From: Myxococcales bacterium
GTDB taxonomy: Bacteria > Myxococcota_A > Polyangia > Polyangiales > Houyiibacteriaceae
DNA length: 54,443 bases
Assembly: GCA_012744445.1 (NCBI GenBank)
Contig: JAAYBZ010000006.1
Span: 1 to 54,443 of the forward strand
Reading direction: 5' to 3'
Part shown: in pieces, positions 25,859-35,168 of the stretch
Layout of the letters: each line of letters starts with the position of its first letter
Numbering within the stretch: position 1 is the first letter of the stretch
Position numbers and translations under genes: made by a program
The notes under the pieces: model-generated
What the model was told of the DNA's origin: nothing
Database searches by the model: none
The model's input: only the letters and a program-made list of their open reading frames with translations

Positions 25859-28800
25859 TCAGAGGAGCGCGACGAACTCGCGCCCGAACTCCATCGGCGT
25901 CGGCCGATCCTTGGGGTCGATCGCGGTGGCCGCGCGCATGAGCTTGGCGAGCGCCGCGGGGTAGTCGCGGAGCCGCTCGACCTGCTCGAAGGGATCGCGC
26001 TGCATGTGCGCGAAGATCCGGTCACGCGGGCTCGTGATGTCGTCGAAGAACGCCCGGCCCGTGGTGACGTTGTAGATGGTGCCCGCGAGCGAGTAGACGT
26101 CGGCGCGACCGTCGAGCTCGACCGGATCGAGGACCTGCTCGGGCGCGATGTAGCCCGGCGTGCCCGCGACGAAGCGGCCCGCCGACTCGGGGGCGACCTT
26201 CATCGCGCGCACCATGCCGAAGTCGATGACGACGGTGGCGAGCGGCGGCGTGCGCGCCGGATCGCGGTGCTTCTCCGGATCGAAGCGGGTGCCGCCCGTG
26301 AGCGGGAGGCGCAGCCAGAGGTTCGCGGGCTTGATGTCGCGGTGCACGAGGCCCGCCTGGTGGAGCGCCGTGAGGCCGGCGCAGGCCTCGAGCACCACCT
26401 GCCGGAGCTCGAAGAGGCTCATGAGCCGCGCGCTCGAGTACTCCTTGAGGTCGGCGCCCATGAGGTATTCGAGCACGAGGAAGGGCACGTTCCCGGAGAC
26501 GCCGCGGTCGATGATGTTGGCGACGTTGGGGTGATAGAGACCGGCGAGCGCCTTGGCCTCCTCGACGAACGAGGCGAGGATGCCCGCGCGCTCGGTGTCG
26601 CTCGCGGCGGCGAGCGCGTCGGCCTTGGGGATCTTCAAGACGAAGAGGCGATCGGCGCCCGGTTTGCGCACGAGCCAGACGGTGCCGACGCCGCCTTCGC
26701 CGAGCGGCTTGACCAGCTCGTAGCCCTCGATGGTCTTGGGCGCCTCGCGCTTGGGCAGCGGGGGCGGCGGCGGCGTGCGGCGGACGGCGCCGCTCACGGC
26801 CGCCTCGACGAGCGCCGAGGTGACGGGACCGAGCGAGGCGAACCACACGTCGAGCATGGTGAGCTCGCGCTTCTGGATGGCGCGCGCGACGAGCGAGGCG
26901 ATGCGCGCGGCGTTCTCCGTATTGCGCGGCTCGTCGTCGGGGCGCGCGCGGTGGAGCGCCTTCACCGGATCGGCGAGGGCCGCCTGGAGGCGCTCGGCGG
27001 CGTGCACGAGCGAGAGGCAGCGCGCGTCGAGATCGGGCTTCTGGCCCGAGACGTCGCCGAAGTCCTCGAGCGCGTCGGCGAGGCCGGAGAGCGCGTGCGC
27101 GAGCTCGGTGTTGCTCGCCTCGAGCGAGGCGAGGAGGTGCGCGGCCTCGCCGCCCCAGGCGCCGTCGAGCGCGCCGGAGGAGACCTGCGCGCGGATCTCC
27201 TCGGCGAGGGCGCAGCATCGCTCGAGCGCGCCCTCGGCGATCATGGGGAGCGCCACGGCGAGCTGTTGGAGCACCGTGGGCCGGTCGATGACGAGCGCCC
27301 ACCACGCGGCGAAGGGGCCGAGCCATTCGACGTCGTCGATCTCGCCGAGCGCCGAGCCGCGCGTGGTGTCGACGAGGCGCCAGAGCACCATGGCGAGCGC
27401 GTTCTTGATGGCGGGCGGCATCTCGCGCGAGCCGTCGGAGAGGCCCTGGATCTTGCGGAGGAAGACGCACGTGCTGTGCGCGGCCGGGCCGGGGCCGGGG
27501 CCGAGGTCCTTCTCGCCGCCGCACGCGTCGAGGGCGTAACCGCCGAGGCGGATGGCGAGCACCTCGAGCATCTCGTCGACCTGCGGATCGCTCTCGCCCT
27601 TCTCGCGGCGCTCCTTCACCACGTCGAGGAGCTCGGAGGGCGCGCGCGCGACGATCTTCCAGGTCTCCTCGAGATCGGGCTCCTGGATGGCGTCGCCGTG
27701 GGGGCGCGTGGCGAGGACGGGGCCCCAGAGTCGGAGCGCGAGCGAGCGCGCGCAGCCCTCGAGGGCGTTCATGGCGGCGGCGCGGTGGCGCAGCGTGCGG
27801 CCCTCGATGGCGACGCGGCGCGCCTCGTCGAAGGTGGGCGCGAGGATCTCGGCGAAGCGGGCGGCGCGGGCGTCGGCCTCTTCGTCGTCGTACTGGGCGG
27901 CGAGGCGGACGAGGTTCTCGAGGCCGAGCTCGAGGTCGAGCGGATCGCGCTCGGCGGCGTCGATGGGGTCGGTGACGGCGATGACCTCGATCCAGCGGCG
28001 CCACTCGGCGAGCTCGGTGGTCTTCGCGCGGCGCGCCATCTCGCGGAGCCGGCGGAGCGTGGGCTCGACCTCTTCACGGCCGTGGCCGCGGCGGAAGAGC
28101 GTGTAGAGGCCGCGGGCGAGGGCGCGCGCGGCGTTGGCGCCGCCGCCGCCGGCGAGGATGCGCGCGGCGAGCTTGTCCCAGATCTCGCGGCGCCCGTGGA
28201 AGAGGTAGGGCGTGGCCGCGGCGGCCGCGGCGAGCGACCAGTGCTCGTCCTCGGGCGACTCGATGAGCGCGACGAGCTCGTGCGCGAGCCGGCGGAGGCG
28301 ATCGGCCGGGAGCGAGGCGAAGCCCGTGAGCGCGCGCTGGCGGAGCACGGGGGTGGAGCCGCCGACCCAGTCGAGCAGGGTGTACTCGAGCTGCTCGACG
28401 GTGCCGGCGAGGCGGCCGAGCGCGCGCGCCGCGTGGATCCAGACGAGCGGCTCGGGGTGGAGGAGGAGCGGCTGGAGCACCTGGAGCGTGCGGCTCACGA
28501 GCGCCGGATCGGTCATCGGGGGCATGCCGCGCACCGCGACCTCGAGGCAGCGCGCGGCGAGCACGCGGCCGCGGAGCGCGCCGTGCGAGGGACGCCCGAC
28601 CATCGCGTCGAAGGTGGCCTCGGACGACCAGAGCCACTTGCCGAGCTCGGGGACCTCGAGGGCGCTCGCGCCTGCCTCCCAGATGAGGATCTCGATGCGC
28701 GCGCGCGCCTCGGCGTTGATCGGGTCCGAGAGCGCGCGTCCGTCGCCGAGGCGCGGGATGCAGCGGAGCGCGTCGAGGAGCGGACCCTCGACGATGCGCG

Positions 28801-29125
28801 CGCGGGCGGCGCGCGTCTTGGCCTCGGCAAGGGCCGGGCGCTTCTCGGCGGCGGCCAGGAGGTCGGCGTAGTCGACGTCGACGCGGGCCGCGCTCGCTTC
28901 GCAATAGGCGAGGAGGAGCGCGCCATGGTCTCCGTCGAGGAGCGCGTCGAGCTCGGCGCGGCGCTCGGGCGCGGTGAGCTCGGGCATCGCGCGCTCGAGG
29001 AAGGCCACCGCCGCGCGGGCGTCGGGAGAGAGGGAGGGCTCGTCGAGCGCGCCGCGGATCGCGGCGGGGTTCGAGAGCGAGGGGGCGAGCGCGGCGAGCG
29101 CGGAGGTCAGCTCCGGAGAGACCAT
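25859..29125 (-). CDS. Cytoplasmic Ser/Thr protein kinase with long N-terminal helical-repeat region
   Basis: C-terminal Hanks motifs LGEGGVG-V, VLK, HRDIKPAN, DFG, GTPGYIAPEQ, DVYSLA and DRP. About 790 aa Ala/Leu/Arg-rich HEAT-like N-terminus and a poly-Pro linker. No clear TM helix. Confidence 0.9.
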   Translation of the reverse strand: MVSPELTSALAALAPSLSNPAAIRGALDEPSLSPDARAAVAFLERAMPELTAPERRAELDALLDGDHGALLLAYCEASAARVDVDYADLLAAAEKRPALAEAKTRAARARIVEGPLLDALRCIPRLGDGRALSDPINAEARARIEILIWEAGASALEVPELGKWLWSSEATFDAMVGRPSHGALRGRVLAARCLEVAVRGMPPMTDPALVSRTLQVLQPLLLHPEPLVWIHAARALGRLAGTVEQLEYTLLDWVGGSTPVLRQRALTGFASLPADRLRRLAHELVALIESPEDEHWSLAAAAAATPYLFHGRREIWDKLAARILAGGGGANAARALARGLYTLFRRGHGREEVEPTLRRLREMARRAKTTELAEWRRWIEVIAVTDPIDAAERDPLDLELGLENLVRLAAQYDDEEADARAARFAEILAPTFDEARRVAIEGRTLRHRAAAMNALEGCARSLALRLWGPVLATRPHGDAIQEPDLEETWKIVARAPSELLDVVKERREKGESDPQVDEMLEVLAIRLGGYALDACGGEKDLGPGPGPAAHSTCVFLRKIQGLSDGSREMPPAIKNALAMVLWRLVDTTRGSALGEIDDVEWLGPFAAWWALVIDRPTVLQQLAVALPMIAEGALERCCALAEEIRAQVSSGALDGAWGGEAAHLLASLEASNTELAHALSGLADALEDFGDVSGQKPDLDARCLSLVHAAERLQAALADPVKALHRARPDDEPRNTENAARIASLVARAIQKRELTMLDVWFASLGPVTSALVEAAVSGAVRRTPPPPPLPKREAPKTIEGYELVKPLGEGGVGTVWLVRKPGADRLFVLKIPKADALAAASDTERAGILASFVEEAKALAGLYHPNVANIIDRGVSGNVPFLVLEYLMGADLKEYSSARLMSLFELRQVVLEACAGLTALHQAGLVHRDIKPANLWLRLPLTGGTRFDPEKHRDPARTPPLATVVIDFGMVRAMKVAPESAGRFVAGTPGYIAPEQVLDPVELDGRADVYSLAGTIYNVTTGRAFFDDITSPRDRIFAHMQRDPFEQVERLRDYPAALAKLMRAATAIDPKDRPTPMEFGREFVALL

Positions 29126-29193
29126 GCGCGCACGAGGGTATCAAAGCTCGGCGGAAAATTGCGACGTCGCGACCCTCGCGCGCGGGGCGCCGG

Positions 29194-30018
29194 TCATTCC
29201 GGCCAGAAATTCGTCGGGAGCCCGCCCTTCTGCACGAGGGCGGCGAGGTCCATCGCGATGGCGACCGTCTCGTGCACGAAGAAGCCGGGCCAGATGGAGC
29301 GGCTGCGCATGGCGAGCGTGCCGAGGACCACGCCGGCGATGATCGCGCCGAAGGTCTCGGCGACGGGCTTGCCGTAGTGGATCATCACGTAGGGCACCAC
29401 CATCGCGAAGATGGCCTGGCTGCCGAGCGACCTCCGCCCCGACTCGACGAGGAAGCCGCGGAAGAGGAATTCCACCGCGAAGAACTGCCCGGCGTAGAAG
29501 AGCTCCCAGAGGAAGAGATCGGCGAGGCTCCGCCCGGCGTGCTTGTAGAAGGGGTAGTACGAGGAGAAGTCGCGCTGGTCGGCGACGAAGAAGACGAGCG
29601 GGAGCACCACCGCGGCGCACACGAAGTAGAGCGGGATGTGCGAGGTGGACTTGCCCCAGCCGAGGCCGTGGTCGCGGCCGCGGCGCCCCGAGAGCCAGAG
29701 CACGACGAGCGGGAGCACCACCCACGCGAAGACGCGCGTGAGGCTCCAATAGGCGTGCGGCGCGAGCCCCCAGAAGGGGGATTTTCGGGCTTCGAGGACG
29801 AGCTCGCGGAAGAAGCCGTCGGTGCGGAGCGCCCAGGCGGTGAGCTCGCGGAACTGCTGCCCGCTGCCCCAGTACTCGGTGAGGGTGAGGCCGACGGCCG
29901 CCGTGAGGAAGGCGAGGAGCGGCCCCCAGTCGTAGCGATCGCCCGCGGGGGCGCGCTCGCGATCGAGCTCGCGCCAGGTCTCGAGGAAGAAGCGCTTGGG
30001 GTGGAGCTCCCGGATCAC
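29194..30018 (-). CDS. CPBP-family (type II CAAX-like) intramembrane glutamic endopeptidase
   Basis: Multi-TM. VEFLFRGF, YVMIHYGKP-ETFGAI-G-LG and SIWPGFFVH motifs. GTG start overlaps the gltX stop. Confidence 0.88.
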   Translation of the reverse strand: MIRELHPKRFFLETWRELDRERAPAGDRYDWGPLLAFLTAAVGLTLTEYWGSGQQFRELTAWALRTDGFFRELVLEARKSPFWGLAPHAYWSLTRVFAWVVLPLVVLWLSGRRGRDHGLGWGKSTSHIPLYFVCAAVVLPLVFFVADQRDFSSYYPFYKHAGRSLADLFLWELFYAGQFFAVEFLFRGFLVESGRRSLGSQAIFAMVVPYVMIHYGKPVAETFGAIIAGVVLGTLAMRSRSIWPGFFVHETVAIAMDLAALVQKGGLPTNFWPE

Positions 30019-31454
30019 GTCCCGGCCCGCTCGATGGCGCGCTCGAGGCGGGCGAGCGTCGCGTCCTTGCCGAGGACCTCCATCACCTCGAAGAGGCCCG
30101 GGCTCTTGGTGCGCCCGGTGAGGGCGACGCGCGCGGGCTGGGCGATCTCCTTCATCGTGAGCCCTTCGGCCTCCATCGCGGCGGTGACGTGCGGCGAGAG
30201 CTGCGCGTCGGTGAAGGGCTCGACGCCGGCGATGGTGGAGGCGAGCCAGCGGAGGTGCGGCACGGCCTCGGGCGTGAGGAACTTGGCCGCGGCCTTCTCG
30301 TCCATCGCGGGCTCGTCGACGAAGAAGTACTCCGCGGCCTCGGCGAGCTCGACGAGCGTGACGGCGCGCGGCTTGAGGTAGGGCATCGCCTTCACGAGGC
30401 GCGGATCGTCGGGCGCGACCTTCACGCCGCGGGCCTCGAGGAAGGGCGCGACCTCCTCGGCGAGGCGCGCGTCGTCGAGCATGCGGAGGTGTTCGCCCTG
30501 GACGTAGGCGAACTTCTTCGCGTCGTAGCGGCTCGCCTGCGCGCCGACTCGATCCCAGGAGAACTTCTCGATGAGCTCGGCGCGCGTGAAGATCTCCTGA
30601 TCGCCGTACGACCAGCCGAGGCGCACGAGGTAGTTGAGGACGGCGTCGGGCAGGTAGCCCATGTCGCGGTACTCGAGCACGCCGACGGCCGCGTGGCGCT
30701 TGCTGAGCTTCTGGCCGTTGGGCGCGAGGACCATGGGCACGTGCGCGAACTCGGGCACCTTCGCGCCGAGCGCCTGGTAGATGAGGATCTGCGGCGTGGT
30801 GTTGATCATGTGATCGTCACCGCGCGCGACGAGCGTGACGCCCATGGTGATGTCGTCGACGACGCAGCCGAGGTTGTAGAGCGGCATGCCGTCGGGGCGC
30901 ACGAGGACGAAGTCCTGGAGCGTCGAGTGCTGGATCTCGATGCGGCCCTTGATGAGGTCGTCCCAGGCCGTCGTGCCCTCGCGCGGCGCCTTGAAGCGTA
31001 CGACGTGCGGGGCGCTCGGATCGGCCGGCTGCTTCCCGTCGCGGTAGGGACTCTCGAAGGTGAAGCCCTCCTTGCGGCCGGTGCGCGCGGCGAAGGCCTC
31101 ACGCGCGGCTTCGATCTCTTCCTTGGTGGCGTAGCAGCGGTACGCGTGGCCCGAGGCGATGAGCTTCTCGACCACCTCGCGGTAGATGTCGAGGCGCTGG
31201 CTCTGGAAGTACGGGCCGTTCGGGCCGCCCACCTCGGGACCCTCGTCCCAGTCGAGGCCGAGCCACCGGAGCGACTCGACGATGACGCGCGCGCTCTCCT
31301 CGGTGCTCCGCCCCTGGTCGGTGTCCTCGACGCGGAGGATGAACTTGCCGCCCTGTTGGCGGGCGTAGAGCCAGCTGTAGAGCGCCGTCCGGACGCCGCC
31401 GATGTGCAGGGTGCCGGTGGGCGAGGGCGCGAATCGAACGCGGACTTCGGTCAT
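30015..31454 (-). CDS. gltX: Glutamate--tRNA ligase
   Basis: RVRFAPSPTGTLHIGG, LRVEDTD, DWDEGP, RGDDH and KLSKRH motifs, plus anticodon domain (RVALTG-SPGLF). Confidence 0.97.
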   Translation of the reverse strand: MTEVRVRFAPSPTGTLHIGGVRTALYSWLYARQQGGKFILRVEDTDQGRSTEESARVIVESLRWLGLDWDEGPEVGGPNGPYFQSQRLDIYREVVEKLIASGHAYRCYATKEEIEAAREAFAARTGRKEGFTFESPYRDGKQPADPSAPHVVRFKAPREGTTAWDDLIKGRIEIQHSTLQDFVLVRPDGMPLYNLGCVVDDITMGVTLVARGDDHMINTTPQILIYQALGAKVPEFAHVPMVLAPNGQKLSKRHAAVGVLEYRDMGYLPDAVLNYLVRLGWSYGDQEIFTRAELIEKFSWDRVGAQASRYDAKKFAYVQGEHLRMLDDARLAEEVAPFLEARGVKVAPDDPRLVKAMPYLKPRAVTLVELAEAAEYFFVDEPAMDEKAAAKFLTPEAVPHLRWLASTIAGVEPFTDAQLSPHVTAAMEAEGLTMKEIAQPARVALTGRTKSPGLFEVMEVLGKDATLARLERAIERAGT

Positions 31455-31506
31455 GGCGCGCGGATTAGCAGCCTCGCGGCGGATGCGCGAGCCCGCCCCG
31501 CGCGGC

Positions 31507-32736
31507 TCAGGACTCGGGGCCGGGGTCGTCGCTCCCGTATTGGTAGAAGAGCAGCCCCCCGCGCTGGCGCGGGAAACGGTCGGCGATGAAGAGGTCGAAG
31601 CCCGAGCCGTCGGGGCGCACGCGGATGCCGCCGCCGTTGCGGAGCGAGACGCCGAACGAGGTCCTCGAGGTGGCGACCCGCTTCCGGGCGACGCTCTCGA
31701 AGTCGAGCGCGCGGTCTCGGGCCCGAAGGCGGTGGAGCGCCACCTTGCCGCGCCGCTCGCCCATGCCGACGAGGTAGATGCGGCCCGTGCCGCACTCGGT
31801 GACGAAGGTCGTGTTCTCGTAGCGATCCCACTCCTTGCACACGCCGCCCTCGCGCGCGGTGCAGACGCCGAGGAGGGGATCGATGCGGCGCTCGGGATCG
31901 TCCTTGAGGGCCGACCAGTAGTGGACGAAGTCGAATCGCGTGCCCGCGTCGAGCCGGGGACCGTCGCTCACGTAGAAATGCCCGTAGCGGCCCGAATGAC
32001 GCCCGCCGACGTAGACGAGGAAGCGGCCGTCGACGAGCTTGGTGAGGGCCACGGAGGAGGCCTTCGACGCGCGGCCCAGCTGGCGCGGCTCGCCCTGGCT
32101 CCCGTCGAGCACGATCGACGTCATCGGCGCCTTCACCGAGGCGGGGTCGGAGACGTCGTAGAAGAGGACGCGCGCCGGGCCCTTGCACCTTCGGCCGTCG
32201 CATTCGACGGCCACGGCGAGGACGTCGCCGAGGACCTGCATCCCGCCCGGGTGGTTGCCGTGGGGCACGCGGACGACGTGCTCGAGCTTGCCCGGTCCGA
32301 AGCGCCCGAGACGCCGGAGCGGATGGGCGCGCTCGCCTTTCACGGGCAGGCGCACGAATTCGATGCGGCCCCGGCCGGGGCGGCGCGCGCTCCGCGAGAG
32401 GGCGAGGTATTCGGTCCCGTCGGCGGCGGTGAAGCTCACGATGCTCTGGTAGTGGCGCAGGCCCATGCGCCGACCGACGGTGCGGCGCGCGATCGTGGCG
32501 CGCAGCGTGTCCCGCGTCTTGGAGGTGGTCCCGAGGCGCGCGAACGTGCCGGGCACGTCGCGCATGCAGACGTTGCAGTCGGGATCGTCGGGGCCGCAGG
32601 CGTCGTCGCCGCGAAGCGCCGGGGGGTACGCCTCCTGCACGGTGTCCGTGGGCGTCGTGTCGGCCTCGGCGACCCCGAGCACGAAGGCCGAAACGAAGAG
32701 GGCCGCGATCGCGGACGTGGACGACTGCACGAGCAT
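31507..32736 (-). CDS. Hypothetical secreted protein, Arg-rich, possibly beta-propeller
   Basis: Signal-like AIAALFVSAFVLGVAEA. Repeated beta-strand motifs HYQSIV, HPGGMQVLGDVLAVAVE, VLFYDVSDP and GRIYLVG. Confidence 0.75.
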   Translation of the reverse strand: MLVQSSTSAIAALFVSAFVLGVAEADTTPTDTVQEAYPPALRGDDACGPDDPDCNVCMRDVPGTFARLGTTSKTRDTLRATIARRTVGRRMGLRHYQSIVSFTAADGTEYLALSRSARRPGRGRIEFVRLPVKGERAHPLRRLGRFGPGKLEHVVRVPHGNHPGGMQVLGDVLAVAVECDGRRCKGPARVLFYDVSDPASVKAPMTSIVLDGSQGEPRQLGRASKASSVALTKLVDGRFLVYVGGRHSGRYGHFYVSDGPRLDAGTRFDFVHYWSALKDDPERRIDPLLGVCTAREGGVCKEWDRYENTTFVTECGTGRIYLVGMGERRGKVALHRLRARDRALDFESVARKRVATSRTSFGVSLRNGGGIRVRPDGSGFDLFIADRFPRQRGGLLFYQYGSDDPGPES

Positions 32737-32833
32737 CGCCCGAGAGCATCTAGAGAAGTCCCGGGTTTGCACAATGCCCGCCGCGTCGATCGCGGGTACA
32801 CCGGGGACCCGGCACGCCGCGCAGGCGCGCGCC

Positions 32834-33484
32834 TCAGTTGCGCAGCCCGACGCCGAAGTAGGGCATGAGCGCGCCTCGGCGCGCCGTGAAGAAGCTGCCC
32901 TTGAAGCTCAACGCCGCCTCGCAGCCCACGTCGAGGAAGACGTGTCGCTTCGCGGCGAGCGCGAATTTCCCGCCGAGCCGCCCGCTCAGCGCGGGCGCGA
33001 AGCGATGGGCGCCCGCGCTCGTGCACGACCAGAAGTCACAGACGATCTCGCTCTCGTCGAAGCGCCAGAGCTGGGCGTCGAAGCCGCCTTGGAGGTACGG
33101 GGTGAACGCGCTCCGGTTCGAGCCGTCCAAGGAGACGAAGGCGCCGAAGGCGGCGCGCTCGAGCGGCGTGCGCCCCGCGGTCTGGAACTCGGGGTCGCGC
33201 GCGCCGCTCTCGACGGGGATCCATTGATACGAGGCGTGGACGCCGCCCCCGAAGAAGCGCGAGGCGACCGAGAGGCGGAGGCCGAGGTTCGCGCCGGGGC
33301 GGATGACCTCGCGATCGACGTCGAGGAGCAAGGGCACGCCCATGTGGAGCTGCGTGACCATCCAGACCGGCCGCGCGAGCGAGGTGAGCGTCGACTCCGG
33401 CTCCGCCACGGGGGGCTCGTCCCATTGGGCCGCGGCGGCGCGCGAGAGCCCGATAGCCAAGAGGATTGCGAGGAGGCGCCTCAT
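32834..33484 (-). CDS. Probable small outer-membrane beta-barrel protein
   Basis: Signal peptide MRRLLAILLAIGLSRAAAA. Alternating strands (TPYLQGGF, GRLGGKF, PYFGVGLR). ATG overlaps the upstream TGA. Confidence 0.7.
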   Translation of the reverse strand: MRRLLAILLAIGLSRAAAAQWDEPPVAEPESTLTSLARPVWMVTQLHMGVPLLLDVDREVIRPGANLGLRLSVASRFFGGGVHASYQWIPVESGARDPEFQTAGRTPLERAAFGAFVSLDGSNRSAFTPYLQGGFDAQLWRFDESEIVCDFWSCTSAGAHRFAPALSGRLGGKFALAAKRHVFLDVGCEAALSFKGSFFTARRGALMPYFGVGLRN

Positions 33485-35034
33485 CAATGGGACGTACGCC
33501 GCTCGTCGGGTGAGCTCCGCGGCGGGGTCTCGCCGGGCCGTTCTTCTTCGAGGCGCGCGAGCATGCGCGAGGCCGCTTCGCGCCCGCCGAGCCCGAAGGC
33601 GAGGGCGGAGGCCACGGCGATCGCGCCGAGCACCAGGCCGAACGCGAGGTTCACGATCTCGTCGGCGAGGCCCACCTGCCGGAGCGCCATCGCCGCCGCG
33701 AGCACGAGGATGCTCACGCGCGCCACGTTGGCGAGCGTCTCGGCGTGCGGGCTCTGGCTCGCCCGCACGGCGCGCGCCGCCACGTTGGCGAAGGCGAGGC
33801 CGACGACGACGATCACCGCCGCGACGAGGATCTGCACGCCGAAGCGCATGGTCTCCGCGAGCATCACCTCGAGCGACTCGAAGCCCAGCGTCGCGCTCGC
33901 CTCCATCGCGCCCACGAGGATCGCGGCGACCACGACGATCCCGTTCGCCACGCGTGAGGGGCGATACGACGGGTCGATGGCGCCCTCCTTGGCGATGCCG
34001 AGCCGCGCGGGCCACGAGTCGAAGCCGATGCCCTCGAGGAGGCGCTGCACCACGCCGCCCGCGAGGCGGCCGACGACGTAGGCGATGACGAGGATGATCG
34101 CTGCGCCGAGGAGACGGGGCAGGAGGTCGAGCATCGTGCCGAGCATGGCCGTGGCGGGCTGCGCGATCGCGTCGATGCCCATGGCGTTGAGGCCTGCGAT
34201 GAGCGCGGGCACGAAGACCAGCACGAAGACGAGCATGCCGATCGCCGAGGCGAGCGAGGTCTCGCCGAGCGCCGAGGACATCCCGACGCGCGCGGAGAGC
34301 CGATCGACGCCCGCCGTCTCGAGCAGGCTCGTGACGAGGCGCTGCACCACGCGCGCGACGAACCAGCCGATGGCGATGAGCAGGGCACCGACGGCCACGT
34401 CGGGCAGCGCGACGAGGATGCGGTCCATCATGTTGCGCACCGGGCCCAGCATCCCCTCGAGGCCGAGCGCGCTGAGGATGGCCGGGAGGAAGAGGAGGAA
34501 GACGAGCCAGTACGCGGTCTCCGCGAGCGAGCGCGCGAGCTTCACGTGGGTCTGGCGATCGAAGCCGAGGCGGTCTTCCTCGGCGGGCTCGGGCACGCGC
34601 GCGAGCATCACGCGGCGCACCCCCACGCGGAGCAGGCTCGCGATCACCCAGGCCACGCCGGCGAGCAGGAGGGCGCCGAGCAGGTTCGGGACGAAGGCGA
34701 AGACCTTGCGGAGGAGATCTTCGGCCGGCGCCGCGACGCTCGACATGCCCACGTACTCGACGAAGGCCATGAAGACGAAGAGCAAGACGCCGAAGAAGGC
34801 GACCTTGCCCGCGAGGCTCGCGACGTCGACACGATCACGCCGCGGGGCGTCGGGGTCGTGCGCTGCGCGCGCGAGCCGCTCGCCGATGCGCGCCCGCATC
34901 ACCAGCCGCCGCACGACGTATCCGACGAGGTAGGCGACCAGGAAACCCACCACGAGGATGAGCAGCGGGATGAGCACTCCGGGCAACCAATCCGCCGGCT
35001 CCCGCATCATCGTTCCGAAGTCTCGCTGCTGCAT
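33484..35034 (-). CDS. Conserved TM-helix repeat protein (CmpX/mechanosensitive-channel-associated family)
   Basis: Repeated P-L-GA-LL-G/A-IA units (FVPNLLGALLL, ALPDVAVGALL, LLPRLLGAAII) and C-terminal ALAFGLGGREAA. GAGGGG RBS. Confidence 0.85.
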   Translation of the reverse strand: MQQRDFGTMMREPADWLPGVLIPLLILVVGFLVAYLVGYVVRRLVMRARIGERLARAAHDPDAPRRDRVDVASLAGKVAFFGVLLFVFMAFVEYVGMSSVAAPAEDLLRKVFAFVPNLLGALLLAGVAWVIASLLRVGVRRVMLARVPEPAEEDRLGFDRQTHVKLARSLAETAYWLVFLLFLPAILSALGLEGMLGPVRNMMDRILVALPDVAVGALLIAIGWFVARVVQRLVTSLLETAGVDRLSARVGMSSALGETSLASAIGMLVFVLVFVPALIAGLNAMGIDAIAQPATAMLGTMLDLLPRLLGAAIILVIAYVVGRLAGGVVQRLLEGIGFDSWPARLGIAKEGAIDPSYRPSRVANGIVVVAAILVGAMEASATLGFESLEVMLAETMRFGVQILVAAVIVVVGLAFANVAARAVRASQSPHAETLANVARVSILVLAAAMALRQVGLADEIVNLAFGLVLGAIAVASALAFGLGGREAASRMLARLEEERPGETPPRSSPDERRTSH

Positions 35035-35168
35035 GTCCGCATCCCCCTCGAGCGCGACGCGCTCTCCGCCCTTCAGCGTGGCGGCCGCCCCGACGGGCGA
35101 AAACCGCCAATGAAGGTCCCATCGGTCACCAATTGCAGCCGGCGCCCGGCCTCGCGTAGCATCGCGCG

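Noticed and set aside
26006-29377. Very long opposite-strand or alternate-frame ORFs (also 22088-24700, 48304-51084, 2242-4446, 17668-19776 and many others)
   Set aside because: These are shadow ORFs expected at this GC content. They overlap well-supported genes, have biased Arg/Ala/Gly/Pro-rich or antisense-type composition, and show no motifs.
25859-30018. Anti-phage system (kinase + 'Abi' protein)
   Set aside because: The 'Abi' label of CPBP proteases does not imply abortive infection. The genes have host-like codon usage, sit beside gltX, and have no defence-island or mobility context.
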